A stretch of 64,000 bases of DNA from assembly GCA_963796455.1 (NCBI GenBank), contig CAWCLO010000001.1, positions 231,372 to 295,371 of the forward strand, read 5' to 3'. The position numbers were made by a program, and so were the translations under genes. This DNA is from Candidatus Sulfomarinibacteraceae bacterium (GTDB taxonomy: Bacteria > Acidobacteriota > Thermoanaerobaculia > Thermoanaerobaculales > Sulfomarinibacteraceae). A model generated the notes under the pieces. That model made no database searches. It was given only the letters and a program-made list of their open reading frames with translations, and had not been told where the DNA came from. Numbering within the stretch: position 1 is the stretch's first letter; each line of letters starts with the position of its first letter. Shown piece after piece: positions 53,968-63,802 of the stretch.

Positions 53968-54037
53968 CGGAAGCGACCTGGGCTTGCCTTCAGTCGTGGG
54001 GCAGCAGGTAGGGGCAGCCCTGATATCAGGGAGGAAC

Positions 54038-57000
54038 TCACAACCGCGCGATTTCGTCCGCATCCAGAAACCACAACTCCATATGCGGTTCGTAGCTGAG
54101 TTCGAGCGCCTTTTGCAGGGCCTCGGCGTAGATCCGAATCTGCGGTTCGTAAACGGCGGTGCGCTGATCGATCGCCGGCTGATCCGGCAGAATGTCGGTC
54201 TTGTAGTCGGCGACCACAAGGCGATCATCGTCCGGATCGAGGTAGACGAGATCGATAAACCCGGAGACGACGGCGCCAGGCGGGCCCTCACCCTCCGACC
54301 ACAGCACGAGAGGCAACTCCCTCGCCATGACCCTTGGAGCGAGTGCTTCGAGGCGGGCCAGGCAATCGCCTTCAATCAAGTGACTCAGAAGATCACCGAT
54401 TCTGCCGGCGCCCTCGTCTACGTCGCGATCCGCAACCAGGCTGCCCAGCACGATATCTCGCCGAGCGGCAATCTGTGGCGCCAACGCTTCGTCGAGATCC
54501 AGGGTCTCGAGCAATTTATGCACGGCGGTGCCAAGCGCCATCGCCAGGTCCCGATCGGATGCGCCCTCCCCTGCCGTGTCGCCGTCCTCGGCATCGATGA
54601 GTCGAAGTCGATCATGAGCCTCTGCAGAAGCAGACCTGAAAACGGCCTGGGCCATCCGCTTGGCGGCCTCGCGACGGGCGACGGCCAACCCTTCGGCACG
54701 TTGCAACGCACCGGCTGGGAGCGACCAATCTTCGCTCGAGCCGATCGCGGGAACCTCGGCTTCCGACGGGTCAGCATATGCAGGCATCACACGAACCACG
54801 TGGGGCGCGGCATCAGCCTCGCGTTCGATCTCCCCATCTTGCTGCCGTGCGACAGCCGCCGGATCGAGACGGCGACCCAACAGATCGGCGAAATCAGCGG
54901 CCGCTTCGGGAGGCACCTCCTTGCCGGCTGCGATCCAACCACCCGACACCACTAATCGTTTCTTGGCCCTGGTGGCAGCCACATAGAGCAACCGAACCAA
55001 TTCGGCCCTGGTTTTCTGGGTCTGCTCCCACTCGGCGGCGGCAAGACCCGGTGTCAACCAACCAAAAATCCGGTATTCGGTTCGACCATCGATCTTGCTC
55101 ACGGAGGCCTTGTTCCGATCACCGCCGCCGCGGCCGCCCTTGTGGATCTGGGCCACATAGACATGTTCGAAATCGAGTCCCTTGGCGCGGTGGATGGTCA
55201 TCACGTGGACCGCATCGGTCTCGAGATCGGGCGGCACAGGGACCCGGCTCTCCTTGCCCTCCTCAACCGCCTGGCGGAGGAATCTCGCGAGTTCGGCATC
55301 GCCGCCGTGACCCGATCCAAGCGTCTCCTCGAGATCGCTGAGAAAGCGGTCGACCCGCGCTCTCCGAAACCCTCCAAGGTAACGAGCCGCTGCCGTCACC
55401 TCGGCCAGCCACAACGTCCTGACTTTTTCGACAAACACATCCGGTGGGTCCTCGCGCAACGACAGCCGGAGGTCGGCGATGAACTCAACAGCAGCCTGCG
55501 CCGCGACCGTCCAATTCGGCAGGACGTCGCTTCCGGGGGTGTCGGTGGGCGTTGCCTTTCGCGCGCTCTCAATGCTCTGTCGAGCAGCCGCCGCCTGCAC
55601 CGAGCCCGGACCGGCGAGCCGCGCCATCTTGCCCGGAAATCCTGCGTCCCATAACGGTGCCAGGGCGGCGTCGGGCACGCCAACCACATCGCTTCGGAGC
55701 ACCGTCAGGAGAGCCAGAACATCCGTAGGCTCGAGAACGCAACGAATGAGGGCCGCCACCTCGACCACCTCGCGCTGGCGGTAGTAGTCGCGCTCTCTGG
55801 CCACCTCGTATGGAATTCCCAATTCGCGAAAGGCGGCCAAAAGCTCTTCCTGGGCGGTCGTGACCCGCAGCAACACCGCCACATCGCCCCACGAAGTGAT
55901 CACCCCACCCGCGTGGAGCCTGAATATGTCTGTTGCCAGGGCACGTGCCTCGAGCGCCGTTGTGACCCGGTCCGAGTTGCCCTTTTCCGGGCCCACTCCA
56001 TCATCACCCCACGGCCAGGCCAACCAATGCTCGACCGTCCGCCACGGTCCTTCGTCGACGCCGGCCACGCCGCGCCGTTCTTCCGTGGCTTCGAGTCGTT
56101 GAAAGGCCGGTTGAACCCCCTTTTCGGAACGCATGACCGGCGCCACCAACCGCTCGACCTCGTCGAGGATCGGAGTCACCGAGCGGAAGTTGCGCACCAG
56201 ATCGACGGTCTCGCCGCCTTCGTCCTTCACACGCGCCACAAATGCGTCATAGGCGGCGAGATCGGCACTGCGCCACGCATAAATCGACTGTTTCGGATCG
56301 CCGACGATAAAAAGAGAGGGCCGACGCTCCGGATCACCCGACAGGGCGAGCCACTCCACCAACCGGCACTGGACATCGTCGGTGTCCTGAAATTCGTCGA
56401 CCAGGAGGTGATCGATACCGGCCACGACCTCGTGCCGAACCCCGGGCGAGTCCGCCAGAAGCCCTTCGGCGTAGCGGAGAAGATCCGAAAAGGTCAGCAT
56501 TCCGTGCTCGCTGCGCCGCGTCTGTACGGTCCCGAGCAACTCCCCCACCACAGCGCGGGCCGCAATGAGCTGATCTTGACACGGCTCCATGAGCGGCCCG
56601 AGCACAGCAGCCAGCCGGCCGGAAGCCGCTGCCACCTCGTGCTCTACGTCCTCGAGACGCCCACTTTCCGTCTTGTTGAATTTGAGCTTCGACCAGTCCT
56701 TGAGACGACCGACAACCCTCGGGTCGATGGTTGCTGCCGCGACCTCGAGTTCAGCCATGGAAGGCGCGGGGCTTTGCTCCGTCACCACCGCCAACTCGTC
56801 CGCCACATCCCTGCTCAAGGCAATGACCTCGGCCTTGACGCCATCGAGACGGCCGCCCACCGCCAGACTGAAATCACCCACCGCCGACCGCAGACGCTCC
56901 GCAACTGCTGTGCTGTCAGCAAAGGGGTCCCCGGCAAAGGTCTCCGGACCGGCCCCGGCCTCAACCAGTTGCACCAGCGCCTCGACGAGATCTCCCGGGG

Positions 57001-57610
57001 ACACACCCTCGATCGCCAGGCGCTCCCAGTGGTCGCGCTTCGGGTCCTTCTCGAGACCACGCAGCGACTCCTCCACCACCTCTTCGACCAGGGCTTCGAT
57101 TCGTGCACCGTCGGCATCCACCTCGAAGCGCGGGTGCAACCCGGCCTCCAGGGGATAGGTCGCGAGAAGCCGTTGGCAAAAGGCGTGGATGGTGGAGACG
57201 ACCAGGCGGTGGCTCTCCTCGGAAAGAGCACGCGCCCGCTTCGAGATCTCGCCCTTCGACGCCTCCACGACGCCGGGCTCCGGGTCCCACCCCACCGGAA
57301 CCTCGCCTTCCGCGAGATCAAATAATGCCGTACCGATTTTTCGCGCCATCTCGGCGGCCGCGGCCTCGGTGAAAGTAATGGCCACCACCCTCTCGATAAC
57401 CCGTCTGGCCACGGTCTGGGGATCAGAACCAGCTTCGACGTGACGCTCCCAGCCGGGACCCACACACCACACGGCGATCCTCGCCACCAGGAGCGCCGTC
57501 TTGCCGGTCCCGGCCCCCGCCACAACCACCACCGGGTGACCGAACTGGCTTTGGGCGACGCGGCGCGACTGCTCGTCGGCGGCCAGCGGATCAAGGAGTG
57601 CAGCCGTCAT
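54038..57610 (-). CDS. addA: UvrD/PcrA-type helicase with C-terminal PD-(D/E)XK nuclease (AddA-like)
   Basis: Walker A AGAGTGKT, helicase motifs (DEFQDT, VGDPKQSIY), and a C-terminal nuclease region (GFIDLVY...DYKTD). The ATG at 57610 overlaps the addB stop as ATGA. Confidence 0.85.
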   Translation of the reverse strand: MTAALLDPLAADEQSRRVAQSQFGHPVVVVAGAGTGKTALLVARIAVWCVGPGWERHVEAGSDPQTVARRVIERVVAITFTEAAAAEMARKIGTALFDLAEGEVPVGWDPEPGVVEASKGEISKRARALSEESHRLVVSTIHAFCQRLLATYPLEAGLHPRFEVDADGARIEALVEEVVEESLRGLEKDPKRDHWERLAIEGVSPGDLVEALVQLVEAGAGPETFAGDPFADSTAVAERLRSAVGDFSLAVGGRLDGVKAEVIALSRDVADELAVVTEQSPAPSMAELEVAAATIDPRVVGRLKDWSKLKFNKTESGRLEDVEHEVAAASGRLAAVLGPLMEPCQDQLIAARAVVGELLGTVQTRRSEHGMLTFSDLLRYAEGLLADSPGVRHEVVAGIDHLLVDEFQDTDDVQCRLVEWLALSGDPERRPSLFIVGDPKQSIYAWRSADLAAYDAFVARVKDEGGETVDLVRNFRSVTPILDEVERLVAPVMRSEKGVQPAFQRLEATEERRGVAGVDEGPWRTVEHWLAWPWGDDGVGPEKGNSDRVTTALEARALATDIFRLHAGGVITSWGDVAVLLRVTTAQEELLAAFRELGIPYEVARERDYYRQREVVEVAALIRCVLEPTDVLALLTVLRSDVVGVPDAALAPLWDAGFPGKMARLAGPGSVQAAAARQSIESARKATPTDTPGSDVLPNWTVAAQAAVEFIADLRLSLREDPPDVFVEKVRTLWLAEVTAAARYLGGFRRARVDRFLSDLEETLGSGHGGDAELARFLRQAVEEGKESRVPVPPDLETDAVHVMTIHRAKGLDFEHVYVAQIHKGGRGGGDRNKASVSKIDGRTEYRIFGWLTPGLAAAEWEQTQKTRAELVRLLYVAATRAKKRLVVSGGWIAAGKEVPPEAAADFADLLGRRLDPAAVARQQDGEIEREADAAPHVVRVMPAYADPSEAEVPAIGSSEDWSLPAGALQRAEGLAVARREAAKRMAQAVFRSASAEAHDRLRLIDAEDGDTAGEGASDRDLAMALGTAVHKLLETLDLDEALAPQIAARRDIVLGSLVADRDVDEGAGRIGDLLSHLIEGDCLARLEALAPRVMARELPLVLWSEGEGPPGAVVSGFIDLVYLDPDDDRLVVADYKTDILPDQPAIDQRTAVYEPQIRIYAEALQKALELSYEPHMELWFLDADEIARL

Positions 57611-60600
57611 TGGTCGGTTTCCGCCCGGGCAATGCCGAGCCACCACAAAGAGCGCGCACATTCCACGACCCGGTCGCCACTGTTCTCATCACCATTCATG
57701 AATCGCACGAGATCGCGCCGGAAGGCAGAATCATCGCGGCGGCAGGCCTCGGCGACAGCGCAATAGCTGCAGTGCTTCGCCGCACGCCCATCGGCCTCTT
57801 CGACCCTCGGGAAGGCGATTCCGACCGAGCGACCCTGCACGATGGTTCGGATCGCCGTTTCGAAAACCTCCATGTCATCCGCGTTGTCACCATCGATCGC
57901 GATCTCGCGGATCTCGTCTTTCCAGTCGTCCTTAGGTTTGAGGTAGAGGTATTTGCCGACACCATCGGGCACGCCGTCGGCGCGAGAGTATGCAGCGGCC
58001 TGCAAAAGGCGACCTCTGGCAATCAAGGTGCGGATGTTGGTGCTCCGGGAGGGCTCGGTGGAGGCTTCCACCGCAGGTTTCGCAGCCTTGTAATCCACCA
58101 AGACCGTGACCCCGTCCACGTTGTCCACGCGATCGGCACGGAACCTCAATTGATGCCCGACATCTGGAATGGACGTCCGTCCTTCAACTTCTGATCCGAG
58201 GACGGAAGGCAGAGCCCCGGTGTTCCACTCGAGCCTTCGTTCGATCTCGAGAAACTGCCGCGCCCGGGCAGCCAACAATGGCGCCATGCCCATCGAAGCA
58301 AGGCCTTCTGCGGTCGCGACCCGATGTGCTTCCCGGTTGACGAGATCATTCAGGCTCCCGGCATCCGGCCAGCGGACACTCACCGGATCCCTTGAAACGA
58401 GCTCGGCCAACCCACCGAGATTGCCGACGGCATCGGCCACCACCGTCTCGAGCACCCCGTGCACCACCTGGCCCACCATCGGACCGTCGATGCCGGGCAG
58501 ACCGAGAAGCGGATCGGGCATCGGCAGCACGCCGAGCCGACGCTGAACAAAGGCCCGCCACGGACAGGTTCCGATGCCCTCTGCATGGGTTACCCAGAGG
58601 TCATCGTCACCCTTCTCGTCGATTTCGCCGGTGAATCCGAACCATGCTCCGGGACCGGTCTCATCCGAAAGCCGTTCAACCGCAGCGAGTAGATCGGCAC
58701 GAGCGGTGGCAAGCAGCCCGGGAGACACCGTCCCGAAGCCCGATCCAGAATCGCAGAGCCCCTCTGCGATCGCAGCTTCCAACAATTGACCGGTGCCGCC
58801 TGGGCCCGCCAAAGGCGCCGCGAGAACCGCTATTTCATAGGCCGGTCTCGGCCGGGATGCAATCTCGTCATTCGACCACAGCTGAGGCACACTCATCGGA
58901 TCTCCAACACCCTCACGTCGCCTCAGCCGGTCGACAAAAGGTGATGGCGTCAGGCACCCCTCGCTGCCAAAAACATGCCACGACAGCACAGCCGAAGGGG
59001 CACTCGACAGCAGTTGGGCAAAGAGATAACGTTCCTCGTCAGCGCTCCGACCCTTGACCGGCATCTCCGGCAGGACATCGGCTGCGAGACGGGCGCGAAT
59101 CGCCTCGGGCAACATCGGGTCCTCGTGACCGACCCGCGGGAAAACACCTCGGTTGAGACCCACGACGTGAAGATGTTCGAAGGTCCGTGCCCGGGATTCC
59201 ATAACGGTCAGAACCTGCACCCCCGCGCCATCCCCTCCGAGCGGCACATCGCGGACCCCGTCGAGCCGGTCGGCGAGCAATTTCAGCCACTCCTCCCGGG
59301 CCAATTCGTAGCTCGCCGGCACCTCGCGACACAAACCATCGAGAGCCTCGTGAACAGCTCGCGACTCCGGTGTTCCCTCACTCCACCCGAGAGCCCCGAG
59401 CACCGCGGCCGTGTGTCGAGAGCAATCCCCGGCCGACGCCCGTTCAGGACTGCGCTCGAGCAGCGACACCAGGATTCCAGCCTCGGCAACGGCCGAGCGA
59501 AGGACATCCTTTGCCAGGCGCCGCGAAGATCCATCGCCACCGTCGACCTCGTCTTCCCGTCCGATCGCGAGTGGCAACCGAACCCCGCGCGGCGGCACCG
59601 CTTTGTCCGGCTGCGTCGCCAGATCGGCCAGGCTCAGGACACCCAGGACTCGCAACCCGAGCAACAGTTCGGTGGAAGCTTCGTTATCGGCGCGGGCCTC
59701 GATCCACTGATCAACCCGGGTCGCCGGGCCGCGTCGGAGGAGCTCCGTCAATCGACCTACACGGCGTTTTGGCCCCGCCCCGGGGACCACTGCCCCGGCG
59801 CCGGAAAAGGGCACACCCAGACGATGGAAGTGGCGCCGCAACGGCAGCGCCATGGAATCGAGCGTCCGGCCCACCACCGCCACGTCTTCTGCTTCGACGC
59901 CGTCATCGAGCAGACCGCGGATTCTTTCGGCCACCCAACGCGCCTCGGCCTCCACATCAGGCGCCTCCGCCAGCTCGATTTCGGGTGGTGGATCCTGTCG
60001 CCGGTCGGTCTCGTGGTCCAGGTGGTTCATCCGCTCATCAAGCCGGGTCAGATAGGCCCCCCCGAGATCGTCCCTCTCCGGAGCCGCCGGATCCGGCGGC
60101 CGATCGAGCATGACGGTCCCCCCGAGCACGCGGATCATGGCCACCAGAAGATCCGCCGCGACACCGGTGACGTCGGCAAAACCGTGCACCAACAATGCTC
60201 TGGTGGGGAGCAGATCGGGGCCGGCGATCTGGAGGGCATCCTCCGCCAGTTGCAGGGCGCGCATCGAACGCCTCAGACCCAGATCCTCTGCACTCTCGAA
60301 CGAAGACGCCGCCAGCCGCACCAGGGATGCGGAGCGCACGAGCCGCTCGGGCGCCACTTCACCGGCCACATCGTCGATCCGTTCGAGCACACCCTCTTCG
60401 TTGCCCGGCATGAAGCCGGCATCGAGAAGATCACGGACCGCACCCACCACCGCATCGTAACCATCGGTCAGACCGTCGAGGCTGGTGCGTAAGGTCGGCT
60501 CGGTTGCGGCGGTACGGCGAACCTGCACCTCGAAACCGGCATCGGCTCGTGGTGGCGTCAGACCGCTTCGCGCCGCCACCTCGAGAGCCAGGCCGAAAAG

Positions 60601-60936
60601 AGTCTGGACCTGGATTCCCACCACGGCGCCACGGCGCCGCGCAAGAACCCGCAGGATGTGGCGCCGCAGGCTTCGGGAGGGCACAACGACCCGTATCGGG
60701 ATCGCCAGATGCTCGACGCCGGCGCCAAACAAATTCTCGATTTCTTCGAGCAGCCGCTCCTCTGTCGCGCGGGCGCCTCGGCAGGAAATGATACGTGATC
60801 GGATTTCAGAAAGTTGATTCATCGGGACGAATCCATGGGACCACGGGCGGAGGGAGGTGTCAACACGACCCTTCGAGAGCGGGTTGTGCAGTGAAAGATC
60901 GTGCTTCAAATCAGCGAGTTCAAGGCCACGTGTCAC
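57607..60936 (-). CDS. addB: AddB-like PD-(D/E)XK nuclease/inactive-helicase subunit with a C-terminal Fe-S cysteine cluster
   Basis: About 1100 aa, encoded upstream of addA. C-terminal nuclease motif VDYKAAKP and the cysteine triad CSYCAVAEAC. I saw no Walker A. The start may be M39 (60822). Confidence 0.75.
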   Translation of the reverse strand: MTRGLELADLKHDLSLHNPLSKGRVDTSLRPWSHGFVPMNQLSEIRSRIISCRGARATEERLLEEIENLFGAGVEHLAIPIRVVVPSRSLRRHILRVLARRRGAVVGIQVQTLFGLALEVAARSGLTPPRADAGFEVQVRRTAATEPTLRTSLDGLTDGYDAVVGAVRDLLDAGFMPGNEEGVLERIDDVAGEVAPERLVRSASLVRLAASSFESAEDLGLRRSMRALQLAEDALQIAGPDLLPTRALLVHGFADVTGVAADLLVAMIRVLGGTVMLDRPPDPAAPERDDLGGAYLTRLDERMNHLDHETDRRQDPPPEIELAEAPDVEAEARWVAERIRGLLDDGVEAEDVAVVGRTLDSMALPLRRHFHRLGVPFSGAGAVVPGAGPKRRVGRLTELLRRGPATRVDQWIEARADNEASTELLLGLRVLGVLSLADLATQPDKAVPPRGVRLPLAIGREDEVDGGDGSSRRLAKDVLRSAVAEAGILVSLLERSPERASAGDCSRHTAAVLGALGWSEGTPESRAVHEALDGLCREVPASYELAREEWLKLLADRLDGVRDVPLGGDGAGVQVLTVMESRARTFEHLHVVGLNRGVFPRVGHEDPMLPEAIRARLAADVLPEMPVKGRSADEERYLFAQLLSSAPSAVLSWHVFGSEGCLTPSPFVDRLRRREGVGDPMSVPQLWSNDEIASRPRPAYEIAVLAAPLAGPGGTGQLLEAAIAEGLCDSGSGFGTVSPGLLATARADLLAAVERLSDETGPGAWFGFTGEIDEKGDDDLWVTHAEGIGTCPWRAFVQRRLGVLPMPDPLLGLPGIDGPMVGQVVHGVLETVVADAVGNLGGLAELVSRDPVSVRWPDAGSLNDLVNREAHRVATAEGLASMGMAPLLAARARQFLEIERRLEWNTGALPSVLGSEVEGRTSIPDVGHQLRFRADRVDNVDGVTVLVDYKAAKPAVEASTEPSRSTNIRTLIARGRLLQAAAYSRADGVPDGVGKYLYLKPKDDWKDEIREIAIDGDNADDMEVFETAIRTIVQGRSVGIAFPRVEEADGRAAKHCSYCAVAEACRRDDSAFRRDLVRFMNGDENSGDRVVECARSLWWLGIARAETDQ

Positions 60937-60997
60937 TACTGTCCAATAAAAATCGTCATTTGACGGTGCCCACCTGACAACACGAGGTTTATGGGTT

Positions 60998-61340
60998 GAT
61001 TGTTGGCATTTCCGGTTCGTGGTTGCGCCGCGTCCGAGTCGGCGTCCGTGCCCGTATTACAGCGGCAGCGACAGTGTCCAGGGGCAGCGACAGGAACCAG
61101 CGATCAGTGTTCAGCAACAGGGAACAGCGGCAGTGGCAGCAATCCGGTGCAGTGATGGCGTGGTCACCTCCGGGGCGTTCAACAGAAGGAAGAGCCGCTG
61201 TGGTGTAGGCGTCTCGCCTGCCCACCGTGCGGCCGAGACGGCCGCACCACAAAGACCGGAGCCCCGAAGAAGTGAGTGCTGTTCGCTGTCCCGGCCGCTG
61301 ATCGCTGACGCTGAATCCTGTTCGCTGTCGCTGGACGCTT
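60998..61340 (+). repeat. ORF-less, inverted relative of the 4HB-gene element
   Basis: It starts TTGGCATTTCCGG, matching the reverse complement of the CCGGATATGCCAA end. It has CAGCGAC arrays (61058-61145), a degenerate hairpin core with CACCTCCGGGGCGTTC and GTGCGGCCGAGACGGCCGCAC (61163-61275), and GTCGCTG arrays (61277-61337). There is no 4HB ORF. Confidence 0.75.
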
Positions 61341-61466
61341 ATCGAGACTCCTGGTTGGAAAAGAGTGGTCACGAGTGAAGAGTGATGGGCTCCCGGGAGG
61401 CGGGCCGGCTCAACCCCTGACCCTGAACTCCAGACTCTTCTCGCGACGGCGAGGCGATCAACGTTT

Positions 61467-61967
61467 ATGATGGCTATCGCGCAGCAAGGGGGCACTATGT
61501 CTGGAGTCGAAGGCCGGGTCATGAAACAGTGGAATCGCGCCAAGGATTCGGGCTTCCGTCGTCGGCTGTTCAGCCGGGCCATCGGCAGGGCTGCCCGCTA
61601 TACCGGCACCATCGGCGCCCAGGTCGAAGTGCTCGAAGCCGGCCGATCGATGGTCACCATGAAGGACCGCAAGGCCGTCCGCAACCATCTGCAATCGGTC
61701 CACGCCGTCGCCCTGACCAATCTGATCGAACTCACGGGCAGCCTCTCGATCATCGCCGCACTGCCACCGGACACACGGATGATCCCGATCCGACTCGAAA
61801 CCGATTTCGTCAAGAAGGGCCGCGGCCTCATGACCGCCGAGGGAATCTGTGAGATACCAGAATCAAACTCGGAAGCCGAACTGCCCGCTGAAGTCACGAT
61901 CACCGATTCAGAGGGCGACGTGGTTGCCCGGGGCCAGGTGTCCGTAAAAATCGGACCGCGGTCCTGA
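61467..61967 (+). CDS. hotdog-fold protein (DUF4442/YiiD C-terminal-like thioesterase)
   Basis: 166-aa ORF with the pattern NHLQSVHAVALTNLIELTGS...DFVKKGRG. The start is uncertain (M1, M11 or M19). Confidence 0.6.
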   Translation: MMAIAQQGGTMSGVEGRVMKQWNRAKDSGFRRRLFSRAIGRAARYTGTIGAQVEVLEAGRSMVTMKDRKAVRNHLQSVHAVALTNLIELTGSLSIIAALPPDTRMIPIRLETDFVKKGRGLMTAEGICEIPESNSEAELPAEVTITDSEGDVVARGQVSVKIGPRS

Positions 61968-62072
61968 AGGCTTGGGGCTTGAGGCCCGGGGCTTGAACAG
62001 ACCGGATCGCGTTCGGTGTGCCTCAAGCCTCACGCCTCAGGCCCCAGGTCCCAGGTCCCAGGTCTCAGGCCC
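61968..62072. repeat. inverted heptamer arrays filling a convergent spacer (GGCTTGA type facing CCTCAAG/CCCAGGT type)
   Basis: The left array (61968-61998) starts on the base after the TGA. The right array (62021-62072) runs up to the sppA stop. GGCTTGAGGC pairs with GCCTCAAGCC. Confidence 0.9.
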
Positions 62073-63802
62073 TACTCGATCCTTATCGGTGGCATCCATA
62101 CGACGCCGGGCGTCGGGATGTCGCCCGTCATCATCCACTCCTCCAGCAGTTCGAATCGGGCCTCCATGGCGACCTGTTCCGAATTGCGGCGTTTGGCAAA
62201 TTCCTGCCACCAGGATAGGACGCGCGGGTATTGCACGAGTTGAACGGACGCATCCGGATCGATGTCGGCCAGCTTTCTGGCCTCGATAAGGGCGTCGTCA
62301 AAATCACCCACCACATCCACCAAACCGTTCTCCCACGCCTGTTCGCCGGTGAAGACACGTCCGCGGCCGATGGCATCCACCGCCTCGATGCTCATGCCGC
62401 GGGACTCGGCCACACGCTCGACAAAGTCGTCGTAGATCCGATCCAACATCCGGTCGATGATGGCTCGCTGCTGATCGGTCCAATCTTCCATCTCACCGTA
62501 AATACTGGCATTCGCCCCGCGATCGAGCCGACCGAAGGTCACGCCGAGCTTGTCCGACCAGAATGCGGAGGTGTTGAGGTGCCCCGCATAGACCCCGATC
62601 GAACCGGTCAGCGTCGCCGGGTCGGCGACGATTTTATGGGCGCCGCAACTGATCCAATAACCACCAGAAGCCGCCACGTTCGCCATCGAAACCACCACCG
62701 GAATTTCTGCAGCAGTGCGTATCATTTCCTGGCGGATGATCTCTGAGGCGATGGCGCTCCCGCCCGGGGAATCAACCCGGAAGACAACTGCATCGATATT
62801 CTTTGCCCGTCGCACCGCTCGGAATGCCGCTGAAATCGTCTCGGACCCCATGATCTCGCCGCCAAAGAGCGGGTTCACGCTTTGCCCGCTCGCACCCCGC
62901 ATGATCGCGCCGGTTGCGGTCACCACGGCGATCCGGGGGCCACGCTCGATCGTGCCGCGACGCTTGAGATAGGAGCGAATCCCGATCGTGTCGCTGGAAA
63001 GCTCCTGGTCGTCGAAGCGATCGGTGAAACTCCCCCAATCCTCGAGTCGATCAACAAGGCCTGCCGCGACCGCTTCTTCACCGAGCAGGGGCGCTCGATC
63101 CACGAGTTCGCGAACCTCTTCGGAAGACAATCCACGTCCATCGGCAACGCCGCGGATCATTTGATCCATGAGCGAATCCAGCAGCCATCCGGTCATTTCG
63201 CGATGGGCCGGGGTGAAATCGGTCTGGGTATACATGAAACGCGCGGTCTTGTAATCACCACGTCCCGGAAATTCGGCCTTCATCCCGAGTTTGTCGAAAG
63301 TTCCGCGGACAAACGGGGTGCTGGAGGAAATCCCTATCAGATTGATGTCGCCTTGAGGATTCAAGGAGATCTCGTCACAGGCGGACGCCACGTAGTAGAC
63401 CAGGTTGCCGCTCGTGAACTCTCCGGCTGTATCCATATAGGCAGCCGTCCACTTTCCCGACGCTCCCACCCGAGCGATCAGAGAACGCAGCTCCTGCGCC
63501 GTGGCAAAGCCTCCGCCGACGCTGTCGACGCGCACTCGAAGACCCTTGACCCGGTCATCTTCCGAGGCCAGAACCAACGCCCGCCGTACATTTCGCAGGC
63601 TGGTGATCCGCTCACCCATCAATTCGGCCAGCGGGTCGTCGGATGTGACTTCGGCGATCGGACCGGCAATTCGGAGGGTCAATACCATCTGGCGGGGAAG
63701 CGATGGCGATGACAGCCCGCGCACCAGAAGCGCGAGGATTGCCACCCCGAAGATCACGAGCAAACAACCGGCACCGAGAAAATAGTGGCGAGCCTTGGCC
63801 AT
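62072..63802 (-). CDS. sppA: signal peptide peptidase SppA, 67K type
   Basis: 576 aa with an N-terminal TM and two tandem S49 domains (GGFATAQE...; SMANVAASGGYWISCGA). Confidence 0.9.
   Translation of the reverse strand: MAKARHYFLGAGCLLVIFGVAILALLVRGLSSPSLPRQMVLTLRIAGPIAEVTSDDPLAELMGERITSLRNVRRALVLASEDDRVKGLRVRVDSVGGGFATAQELRSLIARVGASGKWTAAYMDTAGEFTSGNLVYYVASACDEISLNPQGDINLIGISSSTPFVRGTFDKLGMKAEFPGRGDYKTARFMYTQTDFTPAHREMTGWLLDSLMDQMIRGVADGRGLSSEEVRELVDRAPLLGEEAVAAGLVDRLEDWGSFTDRFDDQELSSDTIGIRSYLKRRGTIERGPRIAVVTATGAIMRGASGQSVNPLFGGEIMGSETISAAFRAVRRAKNIDAVVFRVDSPGGSAIASEIIRQEMIRTAAEIPVVVSMANVAASGGYWISCGAHKIVADPATLTGSIGVYAGHLNTSAFWSDKLGVTFGRLDRGANASIYGEMEDWTDQQRAIIDRMLDRIYDDFVERVAESRGMSIEAVDAIGRGRVFTGEQAWENGLVDVVGDFDDALIEARKLADIDPDASVQLVQYPRVLSWWQEFAKRRNSEQVAMEARFELLEEWMMTGDIPTPGVVWMPPIRIE

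Noticed and set aside
54038-60936. AddAB-like pair as a novel defence nuclease-helicase system.
   Set aside because: The architecture matches ordinary AddAB double-strand-break repair enzymes: a UvrD-type helicase-nuclease plus a large PD-(D/E)XK partner with a C-x2-C-x5-C Fe-S motif, addB upstream of addA, and ATGA coupling. The flanks are housekeeping genes.
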